A stretch of DNA of 64,000 nucleotides from Eledone cirrhosa. Lineage: Eukaryota. This document shows positions 16,301 through 26,579 of the stretch, piece after piece. Every line of letters starts with the position of its first letter. Within the stretch, counting starts at the first letter, position 1. Where the stretch lies: positions 340,194,001 through 340,258,000 of the forward strand of contig OZ024743.1 in NCBI GenBank assembly GCA_964016885.1, in the 5' to 3' direction. The position numbers and the translations under genes were made by a program. Below the pieces are notes generated by a model. The model saw nothing but the letters and a program-made list of their open reading frames with translations. It made no database searches and was not told the DNA's origin.

Positions 16301-16900
16301 TAGTTTCTCTAAGGGGTTGTCGTTATTTCTATCGTCATAGTTGTGTGTGTTGCTATTATTGTTATCATGGTGGTTGTTGTTGTTTCTATCATTAGCATTA
16401 ATATTATTATTGTTATGATTGCTAGATGTATTGTTGTTTACTTCACCGTTATTGTTGTTGTTGTTACTGCTATTTCTACCATTGTGGTTGTTACTATTAT
16501 TATGTTTCTTGTTTTTGTTGATGTTGCTACATGTACTATTTCCATTATTACCACTGTGGCTATTGTTGTTGTTGTTGTTCGTATTGTTACCGTTATTACT
16601 ACTGTGGTCACTGTTGCTGTGTCTGTGGTTAACGTTTCTATTATTATTATTATTGTGGTTGTTGTTGTTCTGTCTATCGCTAGTATTATTGCCATTATCA
16701 CTATTTCTCACTTTCCTGCCATTGTTATGGTTATGGCTGTTATTTCTATACCCAGAGTTATTGTTTATATTACTACTACCGTTATTATTGTTGTTGTTGT
16801 TTACCTTTGCATTCCAACGTATTTTTGTGAAACACTTTTCCAGCTCCGTTTTGCATTCCATAGGGTTAATCTTTTTGTAGATGGCAAATTTTGGTGGTAA
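13381..16900 (-). mobile_element. Young PLE, 5'-truncated inverted left arm
   Basis: Translation 13910-16900 matches the + copy from LPPKFAIY to the stop; ends at ...aacaata + (TA)n. Confidence 0.9.
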
Positions 16901-16926
16901 CAGGAGGAACAATGAATATAACACCA

Positions 16927-16954
16927 CTGACGATGTTGCAGATGTGCAACGAAA
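16927..16954 (+). ncRNA. Hammerhead-like core in pLTR (also ~21064-21091 + and ~13608-13637 -)
   Basis: CUGACGA-u-GUUGCA gaug UGCAAC-GAAA; stems I and III could not be closed convincingly. Confidence 0.4.
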
Positions 16955-17158
16955 GATTTATGTAAATTATGTAAACTATATATATGTGTTTGTGTCTATA
17001 TTGTATCTGTATTATTTTTGACCGCCGGTCAGTCAATGGCAACATTGAGGACCGAGTAAGTTAGATCGCAGATATATATATATAAAAGACAGCGAGAAGC
17101 GAAAACCAACCAAACAGTGAGTGTGTTCTGTTATTAATTCTGGCAATATTACGCAAAT

Positions 17159-20100
17159 ATGACCCTCCCCAAATATAACAATATCTGTTTCGACACACGA
17201 TTTCATATAAAAAACCTCGCAAAACTAATTCATCGCCGCTATGGCATTAGCTTGTGCCAAGCTGAAAGGTTATTGAAAGACACTGTTTTCTGTTATATAA
17301 AAACTACAATAACAACAGAACAAATCCGCTTCTTAAAACACTGTGTTTCCTCCAAAACATACACAACAAACATATCAAAACAAGTAAATAATTTATTATT
17401 GAACAAAACACAAGCTGAACGGCTAAAACACACAATAACAGTTAATATGAAAAGAACAACATACACAAAAGTCAACGCACTCTACAGACAAAAACGCATC
17501 AACGGTAAGGAAATCCGAAATCTCATCACAGCAAACGAGAGAGATGACTTCATGAGCGTCATCCGACGCGAAACGAAATATGCTCAAAACGAATGCTGTA
17601 GGCATTTCAAGAAGAAATTAGAATGGATGAATAAGAAAAAACTACAAGAAAGGAAAATCGAATATTCTCAAAAATACCCAGATAACATCGACAACATCCG
17701 TATGAGTGATGTAAAACTACCGGAAGAATTTACCAATGACCACACAGTAAATATCTATGGGAACACTTTAATCAGTGAACAAGAACAACAAATCCTAAAG
17801 TTACCACCAAAATTTGCCATCTACAAAAAGATTAACCCTATGGAATGCAAAACGGAGCTGGAAAAGTGTTTCACAAAAATACGTTGGAATGCAAAGGTAA
17901 ACAACAACAACAATAATAACGGTAGTAGTAATATAAACAATAACTCTGGGTATAGAAATAACAGCCATAACCATAACAATGGCAGGAAAGTGAGAAATAG
18001 TGATAATGGCAATAATACTAGCGATAGACAGAACAACAACAACCACAATAATAATAATAATAGAAACGTTAACCACAGACACAGCAACAGTGACCACAGT
18101 AGTAATAACGGTAACAATACGAACAACAACAACAACAATAGCCACAGTGGTAATAATGGAAATAGTACATGTAGCAACATCAACAAAAACAAGAAACATA
18201 ATAATAGTAACAACCACAATGGTAGAAATAGCAGTAACAACAACAACAATAACGGTGAAGTAAACAACAATACATCTAGCAATCATAACAATAATAATAT
18301 TAATGCTAATGATAGAAACAACAACAACCACCATGATAACAATAATAGCAACACACACAACTATGACGATAGAAATAACGACAACCCCTTAGAGAAACTA
18401 TTTTTCAACCCAGCTGACAAAACATATAAGATGGGTAATATCTATCCTACGAGGTTACCCTTTAATAAAAGAGTTTGCATACCACAGCAAATAGATGACG
18501 AGACGGAGGCACAGTTCACCATAGCTAGAAATAAGATTAGACAAGTAGTAGACAGGTACACTATGAGACAGAGCAGACCAGAGGCCCAACAACTTGGGAT
18601 AAAACCTGTAGAAGGCTTGGTTAGCCTCAAGCAGCGCACAAGGGATGGTGAGGTAGTGTGTCTACCCACAGATAAGTCTGGTAGGATGTCAATAGATAGC
18701 ATGCCGAACTACATCGAGGCAATGCAACCCCACATCACCAACACGAGCGAAGTTGCACAACTAACACACGATGGGAGAGAAAAAATCCTCAACGCTCACA
18801 TGATGATGTGGACTGACATCCTAAAGCCAAGCAGACGCACTGCCAACAACTTCCAGGCGTCTAACAATGGCATACCACCCTTGTATGGGCTCCGCAAAGA
18901 CCACAAGACAGTCGACGACCCGACAACAGGACCACCAACAAGACCCGTATGCGGAGCTAATATAGCTAGCAACTACAGGATCTCCTACTTCCTCTCAATG
19001 GTTATACGCCCCATAATCAAGATGTCCCCAGATGTATGTGAAAGTACAGAGGACCTCCTCAGCAGAATCAGTGAGTGCAACAAAAACAGGAGCCTATCCA
19101 ACTGCATAATAGGCAGCATGGATGTGGTGTCACTGTACCCATCCATTAACATTGATTTTGCTGTGAAAAGATGTGTGGAGATGATCATTGAGAGTGAGGT
19201 GGAGTTCTGCGACGTCGACACAGACGAACTGGGCCTCCTACTTAGACTTACCTACGACACTGACTACCTAGACAGCCATGACCTTAGATGTTTCTGCCCT
19301 AGTAGACCTATAAGAGGTAGACCCCCCACCATAACCTCAATGGCTAAAAAGACTCCCATAGGAAGGTGGATTGGGTGGACCAAAGCTATACGGACCCCCC
19401 AAAACACTGATCAGGTAAGAAAAATGGTCGCACATGCAATAGGGGCTAGTATCAAAACTACCCTAAAGGGCCACATATTTAAGTTCAATGAGAAAATCTA
19501 CACCCAAAATGAGGGAGCAGCCATCGGCGTCAGCATAGCTGGTGATGTTGCCAACCTTTTCATGGTATGGTGGGAAAGGAGACTTAAAGATCTCCTTAAT
19601 GAAAACTCCATAGACCTCATCATGTACTCTCGTTATGTAGACGATATCAATATAGTTATAAGAACACCCCCACTAGAGAGCACTAACAAGTTTGATTTAG
19701 AACGTAGCACGATGGAAAGCATCCAGCAGATAGCTAATTCCATACACCAGAGTATAACTGTAACTATAGACTTCCCTTCCAAACACCCTAACAATAGACT
19801 ACCTGTATTAGACACAGAACTCTGGATTAACACTATAGACGAGAGAGCCCAAATTCTCCACTCACACTATGCTAAACCCATGGCCTCCAAATACCTGATA
19901 CTCAAAAACTCATCAATGTCCAGTAGTGCTAAGTTTAATATTCTGATCGCAGATTTGGTACGAGTGATGAAGAATGTGTCCAGCATGTGCGACCCAACAG
20001 AAATGGAAGGACACATCCAACACTTCATCAACCGCATGCAGTTCTCTGGCTACAACCAAAGAGACAGAGTCAGAGTATACGAAGGAGCCATGGAAAAGTA

Positions 20101-20791
20101 TAAGACCCTCATAGAACTGGACATGAAAGGAATTTGCCCACTATACAGGAGCAAATCATGGAATAGCTTAGATAGGGCTAGACATAAGATAGGGAAGGCC
20201 ACATCATGGTACGACAACCAGAGATATCAGAGTGTCATGTTTGTGGATGCCACCCCTGGAGGGAAATTAGCTAACCAGTGTAGAAAGGCCCTGAGAAAGA
20301 CCCACTTAAAAATAAAGGTGGTAGAAAAGCCAGGAACCACCATAAAATCCCTGATCAGCAAAACCTACCCTTTTAAGAAAACCCACTGTACTAATAGGAA
20401 ATGTATCATATGTAAGGTGAACCCCCGGATAAACTGTAAAACGAGAAACGTAGTCTATAGCATAAGATGTACAGAGGGTACTTGCAGAAACATGACAACA
20501 ACATACATAGGTGAGACAGCTCGTAGCATAAGTGAAAGGATAGACCAACACTGGGGGGAACTAAAAGGACGAAAAAACGGGTCAGTACTATACGAACATG
20601 CTAAACAACAACACGACGGTAACATAGACAACATAGAAATTAGAATAATATCTAAACATAGGAATGACCCAGCAGATAGGCAAATCAGAGAGGCCAGTGA
20701 AATAGAAATTAGAAGACCAAAGCTAAACAGAAAGAATGAGTGGAACAACAACAACACCCAAACAAACAACACTGACCTAAGAGAAGTATAA
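17159..20791 (+). CDS. PLE polyprotein: N-terminal domain, Asn-rich insert, reverse transcriptase, GIY-YIG endonuclease (1210 aa, uninterrupted)
   Basis: TDKSG, LYGLRKDHK, RPVC, SMDVVSLYPSI, GAAIG..ANLFM, RYVDD, C..KC..C, VVYSIRC...YIGET.R...R...H. Confidence 0.92.
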   Translation: MTLPKYNNICFDTRFHIKNLAKLIHRRYGISLCQAERLLKDTVFCYIKTTITTEQIRFLKHCVSSKTYTTNISKQVNNLLLNKTQAERLKHTITVNMKRTTYTKVNALYRQKRINGKEIRNLITANERDDFMSVIRRETKYAQNECCRHFKKKLEWMNKKKLQERKIEYSQKYPDNIDNIRMSDVKLPEEFTNDHTVNIYGNTLISEQEQQILKLPPKFAIYKKINPMECKTELEKCFTKIRWNAKVNNNNNNNGSSNINNNSGYRNNSHNHNNGRKVRNSDNGNNTSDRQNNNNHNNNNNRNVNHRHSNSDHSSNNGNNTNNNNNNSHSGNNGNSTCSNINKNKKHNNSNNHNGRNSSNNNNNNGEVNNNTSSNHNNNNINANDRNNNNHHDNNNSNTHNYDDRNNDNPLEKLFFNPADKTYKMGNIYPTRLPFNKRVCIPQQIDDETEAQFTIARNKIRQVVDRYTMRQSRPEAQQLGIKPVEGLVSLKQRTRDGEVVCLPTDKSGRMSIDSMPNYIEAMQPHITNTSEVAQLTHDGREKILNAHMMMWTDILKPSRRTANNFQASNNGIPPLYGLRKDHKTVDDPTTGPPTRPVCGANIASNYRISYFLSMVIRPIIKMSPDVCESTEDLLSRISECNKNRSLSNCIIGSMDVVSLYPSINIDFAVKRCVEMIIESEVEFCDVDTDELGLLLRLTYDTDYLDSHDLRCFCPSRPIRGRPPTITSMAKKTPIGRWIGWTKAIRTPQNTDQVRKMVAHAIGASIKTTLKGHIFKFNEKIYTQNEGAAIGVSIAGDVANLFMVWWERRLKDLLNENSIDLIMYSRYVDDINIVIRTPPLESTNKFDLERSTMESIQQIANSIHQSITVTIDFPSKHPNNRLPVLDTELWINTIDERAQILHSHYAKPMASKYLILKNSSMSSSAKFNILIADLVRVMKNVSSMCDPTEMEGHIQHFINRMQFSGYNQRDRVRVYEGAMEKYKTLIELDMKGICPLYRSKSWNSLDRARHKIGKATSWYDNQRYQSVMFVDATPGGKLANQCRKALRKTHLKIKVVEKPGTTIKSLISKTYPFKKTHCTNRKCIICKVNPRINCKTRNVVYSIRCTEGTCRNMTTTYIGETARSISERIDQHWGELKGRKNGSVLYEHAKQQHDGNIDNIEIRIISKHRNDPADRQIREASEIEIRRPKLNRKNEWNNNNTQTNNTDLREV

Positions 20792-21359
20792 ATAAGTAAA
20801 TAAAATAAAATAAAATAAGATAAATAAATACATACACAAGCACATAAACACACACTAGTCACCCAGCAGACACAACACTATACACACTAGTCACACATCA
20901 CACATAACACTATACACACACGCAAACGCATGCGCAAAGAAGACAAAATAAAATAAGATAAACAAACAAGCAAATAAATAAATAAATATATAGACAGACT
21001 GAACAAAAAAAAAAAATGGCGTAGACATACAACACAACAGGAGGAACAATGAATATAACACCACTGACGATGTTGCAGATGTGCAACGAAAGATTTATGT
21101 AAATTATGTAAACTATATATATGTGTTTGTGTCTATATTGTATCTGTATTATTTTTGACCGCCGGTCAGTCAATGGCAACATTGAGGACCGAGTAAGTTA
21201 GATCGCAGATATATATATATAAAAGACAGCGAGAAGCGAAAACCAACCAAACAGTGAGTGTGTTCTGTTATTAATTCTGGCAATATTACGCAAATATAAC
21301 CCTCCCCAAATATAACAATATCTGTTTCGACACACGATTTCATATAAAAAACCTCGCAA

Positions 21360-21432
<73 letters not shown>

Positions 21433-21461
21433 CATACATATATACAGATATAACCTAGTAT

Positions 21462-22067
21462 GTCAGGTCACCAGTTGGTGCTACTGGTAACATGTATCCC
21501 AGTACAACCTGTCTCATGGTCGAGTCGTTGGCGACTAAACCGGCAACCCCACCAAGGTTTCTTGGTGAGGAGGGTGACTTTGGACATCCTGCAGGACTAA
21601 AAACAAAACCTGTCAAAGGGCAAAGGAGCTCTTAAATGTCAATGGCCATCCAAAATCACCGAGAGAGATGACCCCTTAGCCTTTGTCAAGGCAGAATTCT
21701 AGGAGAAGGAAAACTCTGATATAACACCTGCAACCTTGATGGTATCCAATGATGTTGACTTGTTCTTCTTTTTGGTAAATATCATCTTGGTTAAGAGAGT
21801 GGGACTGGCTTTGTGCAGTGCCTTTGCTCACTATAAAAGCTTCACGGCACAGGCATTGCTTTATATCTGGAGATCTCTCTGCACTTGTCGTTACATGGTA
21901 CCATGGGCCCAGCACTATGTGTCAGTAATTGTCACAAGTGTAGTGTTTGTACCAGAGTTTTTAAGTTGCTGGCTGGACTGAAAAGTCACACTTGTTCAGC
22001 GCATCTGCAGGGGTTCTCCTACATGGATATAAAGTAGTGGCCGTACTCGAAAACGAGTTGGCAGCCA

Positions 22068-22071
<4 letters not shown>
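21462..22071 (+). mobile_element. Non-autonomous RTE-derived element, copy 2 (part of duplication unit B)
   Basis: Near-identical to 12091-12700 including flanks. Confidence 0.8.
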
Positions 22072-22130
<59 letters not shown>

Positions 22131-22944
22131 AAAGAATAGAGGTGTAACACACGAGTTGTGATATATTGGTAAAAGGACACACACACACACATACACATAT
22201 ATACACACACACACATATATACACGCGTACACTAACATACAAAGAGACATACACACACACACACACTTCTCCGTATAAGACAAGAGCTGAAAAATATCTT
22301 TCAACATGTTAAAATATCCCCCACACACGTACAGACACATTCCTACTGACTGATCCCTCTACCACGAATTACTCTGCTACACACACACACACACACATAT
22401 TTGTCTTAATAGGCACCTGAACTGTTGACCTGTCAACATGACTGCAATTCACACACACATCCCTACTGACCATTATCACAACAATGAACCTCTTTACTAC
22501 ACACACACACACACACACACACATATTTGTCTTAAAAGACTTATTTTTCAGTGACTTCTCAATCAGGCGAAAAAAGACACTCTTCGACAAACCTACAGTT
22601 GGCGCAAAATCAATTTTTAACATTCACGTGACCTCTACCTCAAAATTGTTTTGACCACAAGAATTTTTGCAACACGAATTGGCGCGAAATTTATTTTAAT
22701 ACCTCTTGAGCCACTTTTTTCACATAAAACAGGTAGAATTTTCAAAACTGATCAGATTAGAGCAAACATCACGGACGCTCTATCTCAAAATTATTTTTGA
22801 AAAGCATTAGAAATGCGCAAACAGTAAAAACTTAAAACCAAAACTGAATACTAACCAATACTTATTACTAATTTTTACTTATTCCTAATTAAACTATTTT
22901 TCACTGGGAACAATTTCTCAGCATTTTCTTTTCCTTTTACCAAT

Positions 22945-23009
<65 letters not shown>

Positions 23010-23011
<2 letters not shown>

Positions 23012-23277
23012 ATAAGAAACGGAGAATCAGTGTTGCAACGAATAACATTTATTAGACATATTACAATCGTTTCTCTGGCGACCAGCTCGAGGCATGATCG
23101 ATGTAATGATCGAACCTGACTCTGAACTCGCAAGGTCCTCAGATACGTCTCGATTCTACGGAGCAGAGTTTCCAAATGTTCTAGTCCTGTAGAAGCCTTT
23201 TCTATATTAAATATTTATACTATGCTTTGCATTGAGTACCTTACTTACTGTGGTTACCCCCGATTGAACCCAGGTTA

Positions 23278-23280
<3 letters not shown>
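23010..23280 (-). mobile_element. PLE 3' remnant between (TA)n tracts
   Basis: Contains a hammerhead; a short inverted piece recurs at ~23345-23390. Confidence 0.55.
23056..23148 (-). ncRNA. Type I hammerhead ribozyme motif with long stem II
   Basis: ACGUAU-CUGAGGA-[~60-nt imperfect hairpin]-GAA-ACGAUUGU-A-AUAUGU; 6-bp stem I, GUA cleavage triplet. Confidence 0.6.
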
Positions 23281-23347
<67 letters not shown>

Positions 23348-23452
23348 TTTAACCTTGCGAGTTCAGAGTTCGATCATTACATCGATCGTATATATATATA
23401 TATATATCTATATATATTAGAATTGGCGCTCTGAAATAGCTATATATATATA

Positions 23453-23687
23453 TGAATGTATATATAGTGTATTTTGCAATACACTGTATGCTTAATTAAA
23501 AGCATTTCGAAGACCTTATGCTATTGTTTTAGAGTAGTGACAGACTCACTTACTTTAAATTTTCAGCAAACAGGTTGCTGAAAATTTAAAGTAAGTGAGT
23601 CTGTCACTACTCTAAAACAATAGCATAAGGTCTTCGAAATGCTTTTAATTAAGCATACAGTGTATTGCAAAATACACTATATATACA

Positions 23688-23691
<4 letters not shown>
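23453..23691. repeat. Near-perfect palindrome, ~117-bp arms, 5-nt spacer
   Basis: ...ttttcagcaa ACAGG ttgctgaaaa...; (TA)n on both sides. Confidence 0.85.
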
Positions 23692-23775
<84 letters not shown>

Positions 23776-23825
23776 AGTGAAATGACAGGAGGCCTAATAT
23801 GTTGAATTTTCTTAATTTTAAACGA

Positions 23826-23858
<33 letters not shown>

Positions 23859-24594
23859 AATATAGAACTATCTCAAATAAGGCTCAGAATTGACTAAAGG
23901 GAAGATCGCAGTAAAGTACTTTAAAATAAAGAAACCTTGTCAATCAATCTAAATCCATAGGGTTTGACAAGGTTTTCCCCTTACTGCAACAGGTAAATAT
24001 ATCCTATCTCTTTTACTATGGAACAGAAATCCTCTCTGATGATTAAGCAAGTTCTGGCGGAAATTAACTATCTTAATTGATTGAGATGGTAACGTTTGTT
24101 ACTAGAGCTTGTGAAACTGCAGTAAGAGGAAACAATTTGTTAAGCCCCGTGAATTTAGTTCGCTTGACAAGAAGTTTGCCCATGGGATGAGACGCTTATA
24201 AAATTTCTTTATTTATAACTGACTAATGTTTAAATATATATTAATATATATATATATAACAAAATGAGCGTTTTTGTATGGGTGTTATATGTGTGTGTGT
24301 ATGTGTGTGTGGGAGTATGGTTAGCATGTTAAGGTGGTAGCGACAGGGTAGAAAATAGAGATATATATTTTTATTTGTGTGCGCAGTCAAATGAAAATAT
24401 ATATCTCTATTTTCTACCCTGTCGCCACCACCACCACCACCACCACTATCGATACAAACATTCAATTTATTTCAATAGAAAGTCTGAATTTTGACACCTC
24501 AGCATATCAGCATATCACTGAACCAGAATAATTCCCCCCCCCCCATCCCTTTTTCTCGACCGTTATCTTTTGTTTGGCACAAAACTCTCTATGA

Positions 24595-25000
24595 CAAATC
24601 ATGTGACTGTGTAAACGGCTACAAAGATCCCCCAAATACGAACTGGCACGAAATTTAATGCACTTATTCACGTAACAGTCATAACCAATCAAATTACATT
24701 TATAAAAAAACAACATTTTGAGTCACTTTTTTAAAGTGAAAATGATAATAAAGAACCCTCAAACGCGAACTGGCGCGAAAGTTGATTTGCTTATTCATGT
24801 GACTGTCATCAACCAACCAAATCTCACTTATATATGAAAAAACAATTTGAGCCCCTTTTTCTTAAAGGCAAATACAATAAGAACTTTGTAACGCGAACTG
24901 ATGCGAAATTTATTATACTTATTCACGTGACAGTCATCAACCAGCCAAATTACTTTTTAAAATAATCCTACCAATTTGAGTCACTTTTCCCACATAAAAC
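24595..25000 (+). repeat. Degenerate ~127-bp tandem repeat (related units at ~22595-22730)
   Basis: cgaactggcgcgaaa...ttattcacgtgacagtc...ttgagtcactttt-like units at ~24638, ~24764, ~24892. Confidence 0.6.
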
Positions 25001-25730
25001 AGAAGTAACATTCGAACATATCTAAAAAGAACGGATGGTCTGTTCGGAATGGCTTTGAGCTGCTCGAACAGGAGTGGATTGGGGCTAACCGAGGTAATAA
25101 CAATATTTTCCTATTTCATCTTTTGCAATAGCTAGACCTTTGTGTATGTCAGTATGTGTATAAGTATACAATGATCTAGGAATCTGCCAAAGGTTATGGG
25201 CTCAGCACTTTCCTCTGGACAAATGTAATAGGAAAATGTATGTGATTATCCTTATCAGAATGTATACATTCTCACATATCAATATAATGTATGTACATAC
25301 GTACGTATGTATGTATGTATGTATGTATGTATGTATGTATGTATGTATGTATGTATGTATGTATGTATGTATGTATGTATGTATAATTAATTTTTGTATT
25401 CTGAAACATCAAAATACAACAATTTTTTGGTCACTGGACTCGGGAATGTCACGACAGAAGTTTGTGGAAGTTACACAAATAATTTAGTATATTTTAGCAG
25501 AGCAATCCTTATTTATATCTTACATTTTACATTTACTTACATCTCAATATAACATGGCTAAAATTCAAATTTTGCAAAGAGAAGAAAACGGTCAAATGAA
25601 CTAGATACATCTCACTGTCCCCACCACCACAATAACGTCTACACTCTCTCCCCACCATCACATGTCATTACCATACCATACCCTATCTAGACTAAAGTCA
25701 TCGACTTGTTGTCAAACTCTCTACTCTCTG

Positions 25731-26361
25731 TTGAATGTGTATATATATATATATGTGTGTATATGTATATGTGTATATACATCACTCAGTCAAACGACCA
25801 GATTTCAACCCCAACATCTACAACAACAACAACACCGGCACTAATGTTTACAGCAACAATAGCTTCAGAATGAACTGAAATGAACATTTACAACAACAAC
25901 AACAGCGGCATCAAAACATAAAAAAAGGAAGGGAAAAGAAAAGAAAAGAAAAGCGAAAAAAATCAAACAAAAAAAACTCAAAATAACAAAACACACACAC
26001 ACGCGCACACAACACAACAACAACATCAACTGCCACCACCACCACCACCGCCACCGCCGCCGCCATCACCATCACCAGCGACTGGGCCTTAAGAAAACAA
26101 CTTTAATAATAATTTTTCTGCTTTTGGCACGGATCCAGCGACTGCCAGCGCATCACTGGTACTCTCTTTTGTTGACTCCGTGGGGATGAAGGGCAAGGTT
26201 GATCTCGGCGGGATTTGAGCTCAGAGCGTGGAGAGCCATAACTCTATGCTGTAAAGCAATTATAATAATACTGGACTGTAATACGATTGGCTTCAACTAT
26301 ACAAACTCTTGAAAGTCAACAGTTGACATAATCTTGTAATCTTGTATCAGTAATGACGGTA

Positions 26362-26405
<44 letters not shown>

Positions 26406-26520
26406 AAGTGAGTAGAGTAGCGTGTGTGTGTGTTTGTTTGTATGTATGTGTTGCTGTGTGCGCGCATATGTATGCGTGTGTGTGTATGTCGTACGTATAA
26501 GTGTCAATAAGTGAGTTTTT
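25731..26520 (+). repeat. Leader shared by three RTE copies, containing an antisense SINE piece
   Basis: Reverse complement of ~42580-43360 and, in part, ~50170-50600. Confidence 0.8.
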
Positions 26521-26579
26521 ATTTTTTTTATTTATTTATTTATTTTTTATTTTTTTTATTAATTTTTTTTTTTTTGCGC

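Larger units (their letters stand above)
16899..21363 (+). mobile_element. Young full-length PLE with pseudo-LTRs (~16899-17227 and ~21037-21363)
   Basis: Direct repeats flank the ORF; the 3' repeat runs ~69 nt into the ORF start and ends aaaacta + (TA)n. Confidence 0.9.

Noticed and set aside
16901-16927. Start of the 1005-aa minus-strand ORF
   Set aside because: The first residues come from the antisense pLTR across the inversion junction; the arm is 5'-truncated.
16343-18358. Hydrophobic V/I/L-rich ORFs resembling membrane proteins
   Set aside because: Antisense or alternative frames of the Asn-rich PLE insert.
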